32,000 bases of DNA from Candidatus Electronema halotolerans (lineage in GTDB: Bacteria > Desulfobacterota > Desulfobulbia > Desulfobulbales > Desulfobulbaceae). Made by a program: the position numbers and the translations under genes. The notes beneath the pieces are model-generated. The model had not been told where the DNA came from, searched no databases, and was given only the letters and a program-made list of their open reading frames with translations. The stretch lies in NCBI GenBank assembly GCA_942493095.1, contig OW818675.1, positions 1,320,001 through 1,352,000 on the forward strand, given 5' to 3'. Each line of letters starts with the position of its first letter. The stretch's first letter is position 1. Shown here one piece after another: positions 27,432 to 32,000 of this stretch.

Positions 27432-27827
27432 TTATCTTCCGGCAGTTTTTGGACTGAAGGTGATGACATCATCTTTATTCGGTCTCGCTGAGATGGCATA
27501 GAGCCGGATTGCGCTGACCGCTGTTTTATCCTGCCGCCCTGCCCCGCCGTAGAGAACAATGCTGTTGAAATCCGGGGCAAGGCGCAGGAGAGCGGCGGCA
27601 AGGTCTGTCTCGGCGAAATCAGCGGAAACCGCATTGTCCGCCCTGCCCTCCAGCGTGATCTCAGCCCCGGTCTGGTCAGCGATTTGCTGGAGAATCTGCT
27701 TCAGCGGCAGGTTGCGCGCCTGCACAGTCAGCAGACCATCCTTAAAAGCCACCATTTCAGCACTTAGAGCAGGTGCGGCGGCAAGAAGCAGCAGCACCGC
27801 CATGCTGATTTTTTTTCTCTTTCGCAT
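27432..27827 (-). CDS. Secreted small protein with secretin/TonB short N-terminal (STN)-like domain
   Basis: Signal peptide MRKRKKISMAVLLLLAAAPALSA; VQARNLPLKQILQQIADQTGAEITLEGRADNAVSADFAETDLAAALLRL is STN-like. Confidence 0.65.
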   Translation of the reverse strand: MRKRKKISMAVLLLLAAAPALSAEMVAFKDGLLTVQARNLPLKQILQQIADQTGAEITLEGRADNAVSADFAETDLAAALLRLAPDFNSIVLYGGAGRQDKTAVSAIRLYAISARPNKDDVITFSPKTAGR

Positions 27828-27851
27828 TCTTCTCTCTGGCAGTCATTGCAG

Positions 27852-27889
27852 CGGACAGCGACACGGAAGCTGCTCTGCGCCGCTGTCCG
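27852..27889. terminator. Hairpin downstream of the ribonucleotide reductase gene
   Basis: CGGACAGCG ... CGCTGTCCG, 9-bp stem with a 20-nt loop; no strong T-tract. Confidence 0.4.
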
Positions 27890-27903
27890 TGAAGATGATT
27901 CCG

Positions 27904-30900
27904 CTACGAGCAGCGCGAATAGCCGCAGTCGCGGCAAACCTCGCAGCCTTCGGTATAGACCAAGGTGCCGCAGCATTCCGGGCAGGAGGAGGTGAAGCCC
28001 TTCTGGGTTCCGGCCATGAACGATTTCAGCAGCCTGCCAAGCTGGGCAGGCAGATCGAGTCTATGGCCGCTGGAGCGGTCGAGCTGGCGGATGATCTCCT
28101 CCATCGGAATCTGATAGCGCAGGGCCAAGGAGACCAAGCGGCAGGTGGTGGTCCACATGGTGGATTTATCCTTCAAATCCAGCCGATTGTCAAAAGGAAA
28201 CTTGGCAAAGACCTCCATCGGGTTTTCCTTCTCGTCAAAGCAGACAATCAGATAAATCGAATTGCCGTCCGCATCCTTGAGTCGGTAGCGTTTCGCGTCA
28301 AGGACATCAGGCAGCTCTTTCTTCTGTAGCTCGCCTTGGCTGGAAACTGTGGCCGTCTTTTTGGCGGCAGAAGCGACAGTGCTGAGAACTTGGCCATCTC
28401 GCGAGCCGTCCCGATAGACTGTCAGACCCTTGCAGCCCAGCTCAAAACCGAGCTGATAAGAGAGGCGCACATCCTCTTTGGTGGCGGTCGAGGGCAGGTT
28501 GATGGTCTTGCTGATTGAGGAATCCACGCCATTTGTCTGGAGTGTTCCCTGCATTTTAATATGCTCTTCAGGAGCAATATCTTGAGCAGCCCGGAATATG
28601 CGCTGCCATTTCTCCGGGATTTCCGCCTGACCGAGCACCGTGCCGCACTGGGCCACCTTCCGCATCAGCTCTTCAGAGAAGAAGCCTTCCCGCTTGGCCA
28701 CACTCTCAAAATGTTTGTTGATCATCAGGAATCGGTCGTTGTCCATGACGTTTTTTTCTGTCACCACGGAGAAATACGGCTCGCAGCCAGAGGCGCAGTC
28801 GGCAATCATCGAGACCGTGCCAGTCGGCTGAATTGAAGTCAGAGCCGCGTTGCGCCGGGCCGTGTAATGGTTGTGCTGCGCATCCCAAGCCGGGAACGGC
28901 CCTTTCAGCTCGGCCAAGGCAATGGAGGCGGTTTCAGCCTCGTCACGGATGAAGCGCATGACCTTGGCGGCAGCGCAGCGGCCCTCCTCGTCGCCGTAGG
29001 ACAGCTCCTGCTGGATGAGCATATCGTGCAGGCCCATGATGCCAAGACCAATCTTGCGGGTCTTGCAGGTCATCTCGGCAATTTCCGGGATTGGGAAACG
29101 GTTGCAGTCAATGACGTTGTCCAAAAAGCGCACTGCTGTCCGCACGGTCTGGCTGAGGCGCGGGTAATCCACCGCCCCATCCTTGACGTACTGGCCCAGA
29201 TTTATTGAACCTAAATTGCACGATTCCATCGGAAGCAAAAATTGCTCGCCGCACTGAGGTGTGTTTATATAAAAATAACAACACGTTTCGTTGATTTTGC
29301 CAGAAAAGTGCCCGATGTAAAAGTTGTGAAATTCGTCAACCGTGCCGTTGTACACATCCTCAACTCCGTCGCGCTCAACCGAGACCACCCGATGGTTGAA
29401 GGTTTGAGCAGATTCCTTCAAGGCCTTAAAGGTCGGGAAACCGAATTTTGTCCCCAATCGCTTTGAAACGCCTTGATCTGCACAACGATTCTCCCAGTCT
29501 GTTTTCCACGGAGTTTGCCCCTGTTCAAATTGCAGATCAAGAAAACACTTCACCTGCTGCCGTTTAGTTTCTTCCGCTTTGGCAGCATACGTTGAATGGA
29601 TGCTTGCTGTAATTTTTTCCCGCATTGAGTGACTGCTGTTATGCCAAACAAAATAGCAGGGCTTGGAACAGAAAGATTGTTCACGTCTGCTCCAAGATAC
29701 GGCGTATAAATTGCCGCAATGTTCACAGCGGCGTTCAACCATGACACTGTTGCCGTCCAGAAAACAGCGCAAGTCAGTCATGGCTTGACATTCTGCCAGC
29801 TTTTGCTGCGCACGCTGTTGTATGTACTCTAATAAATTATCTTTATTGGCAGCAATGCCTTCTTTTACCAGAGCGGCATGGCGGGCACGATATGCTTCAT
29901 CTTGGAAGCGGAGTTTTGTTGTCGCACCAATCCGTTTTTTCGTTTCTTTGCTTCGCTTTGCCCCAACATGATGCTTGAGGCGGAGTTCCTGCTGCTTGAC
30001 CGGATCGTTCATCCAGTTCTTTTCCGGAAATCGCCGCATCGGATTGTTGTCTCCCTTACGGTCTTCCGCATGCAGCCTGTTGTGTGCAGCTTGACTCATC
30101 ACTTCAAGATTTGCTGGATCGTTGTTCAATCCATTGTAATCACAATGATGAACTACTTCGTTTTGCCCCAAATTCCTGCCAGTCTGTTGTCGATGGTGGA
30201 AATTGGCTATCAGTCGATGTTCAATTTGCCATTTTGGTTTATCTGTTGTAGATAACCAACGATAATATTGAGAAGAATTTTTCTTGAACTGAGCTTCACG
30301 TCTGGTCATCAGGCTCAGACTATCACCATGCAGCAGGTCTTTTGCCTCTTTGACACTGCCGTCAGAAAGCACGAAACGATGATTTTCCGTCACTCTCACG
30401 CTGTTGCCATCATCAAGGGTGACTTTCACAAGCTGTTTGCCATACCCGGTGATGCGTGGATTGCGCATCATCCGCACTGAAGCACCGCCTTTGCTGTTGC
30501 GGCAGAAGACTGGCACATCCTTTCCCTCTTCAGCAAGTTCACGGATGCTTACTGCTCCTCGGCCATCAGCTACGGCAACAAGTGTTTCACCGGCCAGACA
30601 AGGATTCGTGGCCTCAAATTCGCCAAGTTGCGGCGTGGCATTCGCCCGATTGGCCGCGTCTATGAACAGAACACCTGGCTCGCCGTTGTGCCATGCCAGA
30701 TCAACAATCTTGTCAAAAACCTTGGCTGCGTTCATCCGGCAGACTGTTTTGCGGTTGGAAGGGTCAATCAGATCGTATTCCTGATTGTTTCTCGCCGCTT
30801 CCATGAACTTGTCCGTGACTGCCACAGAGAAGTTGAAATTGGTGAACTTGCTCTGATCCTGCTTGGCCGTGATGAAGTCCATGATGTCAGGATGATCGAC

Positions 30901-31434
30901 CCGCAGGATGCCCATGTTGGCCCCGCGCCGCTTGCCGCCCTGTTTGATGGTCTCTGTGGCTGCGTCAAAGACCGCCGCAAAACTGAGCGGCCCGGAAGCC
31001 ACGCCTTGCGTCGAGCGCACTGCTGAATTTTTCGGACGCAGCCGGGAGAAGGAATAGCCAGTGCCGCCGCCGGTCTTATGCACCAGCGCGCCATGATGGA
31101 TGGAGGTGAAGATGCCGTCCATCGAATCCTCGACCGGCAGGACAAAGCAGGCCGAGAGCTGGCCAAGATCAGTGCCCGCGTTCATCAGGCAGGGCGAGTT
31201 GGGGAGAAAATCAAGATGATAGATCATGCGGAAGAACTGCTCGCGCAGCGTCTCGTAGTCTTCCATGCCGCTGTCCACACCCGCGACCGCATCCGCCACC
31301 CGGCGGCAGAGCGATTCCCAGTTTTCCAGCACATTGCCCTGTCCATCCTTGAGGTAGTAGCGGCGGCTCAGTACGGTCTCAGCGGTCTCTGTCAGGAGCT
31401 GTCTGGCAATGCTCCTTGTCATGTCTTTCCCCAT
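27904..31434 (-). CDS. nrdJ: Adenosylcobalamin-dependent (class II) ribonucleoside reductase with an in-frame intein
   Basis: FLPNSPCLMNAG, HKTGGGTGYSFSRLRP, KRRGANMGILRVDHPDI, EATNP^CGEQFLLPMESCNLGSINL, C-terminal Cys-rich CPECCGTLVYTEGCEVCRDCGY. Start likely at MGKDMTRS (31434); ORF extends to 31464. Confidence 0.93.
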   Translation of the reverse strand: MGKDMTRSIARQLLTETAETVLSRRYYLKDGQGNVLENWESLCRRVADAVAGVDSGMEDYETLREQFFRMIYHLDFLPNSPCLMNAGTDLGQLSACFVLPVEDSMDGIFTSIHHGALVHKTGGGTGYSFSRLRPKNSAVRSTQGVASGPLSFAAVFDAATETIKQGGKRRGANMGILRVDHPDIMDFITAKQDQSKFTNFNFSVAVTDKFMEAARNNQEYDLIDPSNRKTVCRMNAAKVFDKIVDLAWHNGEPGVLFIDAANRANATPQLGEFEATNPCLAGETLVAVADGRGAVSIRELAEEGKDVPVFCRNSKGGASVRMMRNPRITGYGKQLVKVTLDDGNSVRVTENHRFVLSDGSVKEAKDLLHGDSLSLMTRREAQFKKNSSQYYRWLSTTDKPKWQIEHRLIANFHHRQQTGRNLGQNEVVHHCDYNGLNNDPANLEVMSQAAHNRLHAEDRKGDNNPMRRFPEKNWMNDPVKQQELRLKHHVGAKRSKETKKRIGATTKLRFQDEAYRARHAALVKEGIAANKDNLLEYIQQRAQQKLAECQAMTDLRCFLDGNSVMVERRCEHCGNLYAVSWSRREQSFCSKPCYFVWHNSSHSMREKITASIHSTYAAKAEETKRQQVKCFLDLQFEQGQTPWKTDWENRCADQGVSKRLGTKFGFPTFKALKESAQTFNHRVVSVERDGVEDVYNGTVDEFHNFYIGHFSGKINETCCYFYINTPQCGEQFLLPMESCNLGSINLGQYVKDGAVDYPRLSQTVRTAVRFLDNVIDCNRFPIPEIAEMTCKTRKIGLGIMGLHDMLIQQELSYGDEEGRCAAAKVMRFIRDEAETASIALAELKGPFPAWDAQHNHYTARRNAALTSIQPTGTVSMIADCASGCEPYFSVVTEKNVMDNDRFLMINKHFESVAKREGFFSEELMRKVAQCGTVLGQAEIPEKWQRIFRAAQDIAPEEHIKMQGTLQTNGVDSSISKTINLPSTATKEDVRLSYQLGFELGCKGLTVYRDGSRDGQVLSTVASAAKKTATVSSQGELQKKELPDVLDAKRYRLKDADGNSIYLIVCFDEKENPMEVFAKFPFDNRLDLKDKSTMWTTTCRLVSLALRYQIPMEEIIRQLDRSSGHRLDLPAQLGRLLKSFMAGTQKGFTSSCPECCGTLVYTEGCEVCRDCGYSRCS
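29254..30600 (-). other. Intein with HNH homing endonuclease (449 aa) within nrdJ
   Basis: Starts CLAGETLVAVADG; HINT-like VKVTLDDGNSVRVTENHRFVLSDG; HNH motif EVVHHCDYNGLNNDPANLEVMSQAAHNRLHAE; NUMOD3-like KRSKETKKRIGATTK; C-terminal block VYNGTVDEFHNFYIG...YINTPQ|CGEQ. Confidence 0.9.
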
Positions 31435-31872
31435 TTTTTTCCCTTTTTGAGCTGTGATCAACAATTGGCTTCAGCGATTGTCCGGCTTGGCGGAACAATG
31501 AAGGCGGGCCTCTTTTCAGAGAAGTGTGGAATCCTTATAACCCAATATGTTGTACTTGCTCAAGCGAAAAATATGCTACCGGTTGTATTTTTTGCTTTCC
31601 AACAAGAAAACGCCTTTTTTCGCGCCGTTCAGAAAACCCGGCCTTTGTCAATCGTGTTTGAGGGCGAAAAATGCCGTTCTGAGCAAAATAGCCTGCCTGC
31701 AGAAAAGCGGGCCGAAATGGCGCGGCAGGGCAAAAATGCTGTTGACAGGCAGCCTTCTCTATGAAATGATGGCAGAGAGAAGGTTGCGATTTTTCCACCG
31801 CACAGCCTGCCGCTGCTGAAAAGGCGGGCAGGTTGTTCGTTTCTGCTGAATTTTTTCTGTCAGGCTGAAATC

Positions 31873-32000
31873 ATGCGTTGTCCCAAATGCAACTACATCT
31901 CCTTTGACGAGATGGAGATATGCGGCGGCTGCAAAAAAAATATTTCCAAGTATTCAAAGGTGCTGCATGGAGTGATCTTCAAAGCGGAAACACCTGATTT
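31873..32000 (+). CDS. Zinc-ribbon protein, 5' part only (runs off the window)
   Basis: MRCPKCNYISFDEMEICGGCKKNISKYSKVLHGVIFKAETPD; CPKC...CGGC knuckles; not in the ORF track because of the window edge. Confidence 0.6.
   Translation, partial: MRCPKCNYISFDEMEICGGCKKNISKYSKVLHGVIFKAETPD

Noticed and set aside
28336-31166. Plus-strand ORFs opposite nrdJ (for example 28867-29208, 29878-30255, 30628-31026)
   Set aside because: Antisense to the ribonucleotide reductase and its intein; no independent support
31078-31819. Plus ORFs 31078-31764 and 31547-31819 and minus 31535-31798 as genes upstream of the zinc-ribbon ORF
   Set aside because: No recognisable domain, mutually overlapping, and partly antisense to nrdJ; left uncalled

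Overview
Accessory-rich bacterial window with no rRNA, tRNA or CRISPR array recognised. Housekeeping-type genes: htpG (Hsp90), a TauE/SafE permease, a large alpha-2-macroglobulin-family gene with a CLEQ thioester motif, and a B12-type ribonucleotide reductase carrying an in-frame HNH-endonuclease intein. Mobile elements: an IS66-type element (1199-2835) and an IS630-type element (25173-26217) that splits a LRR-Roc-COR (ROCO) gene; removing it with one TA restores the frame exactly. Most interesting region: a minus-strand block, 15270 -> 6893, of six tightly packed or overlapping genes. In transcription order these are a Trypco1-like small protein, a trypsin-like protease/STAND NTPase, a large STAND NTPase with TPR-like repeats, two tandem short ORFs (56 and 52 aa, absent from the supplied track) ending in FALGSH and YALGSN, and a radical SAM/SPASM protein with a PqqD/RRE-like C-terminus. 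I read this as a candidate RiPP-coupled trypsin/STAND conflict system. The block is bracketed by the intact 3' end of the A2M gene and a decayed direct repeat of that 3' end. A nearby OLD-like ATPase gene is bracketed the same way by a 41-bp repeat from the 3' end of its neighbour. All functional claims are inferences from sequence motifs; no database search was run.
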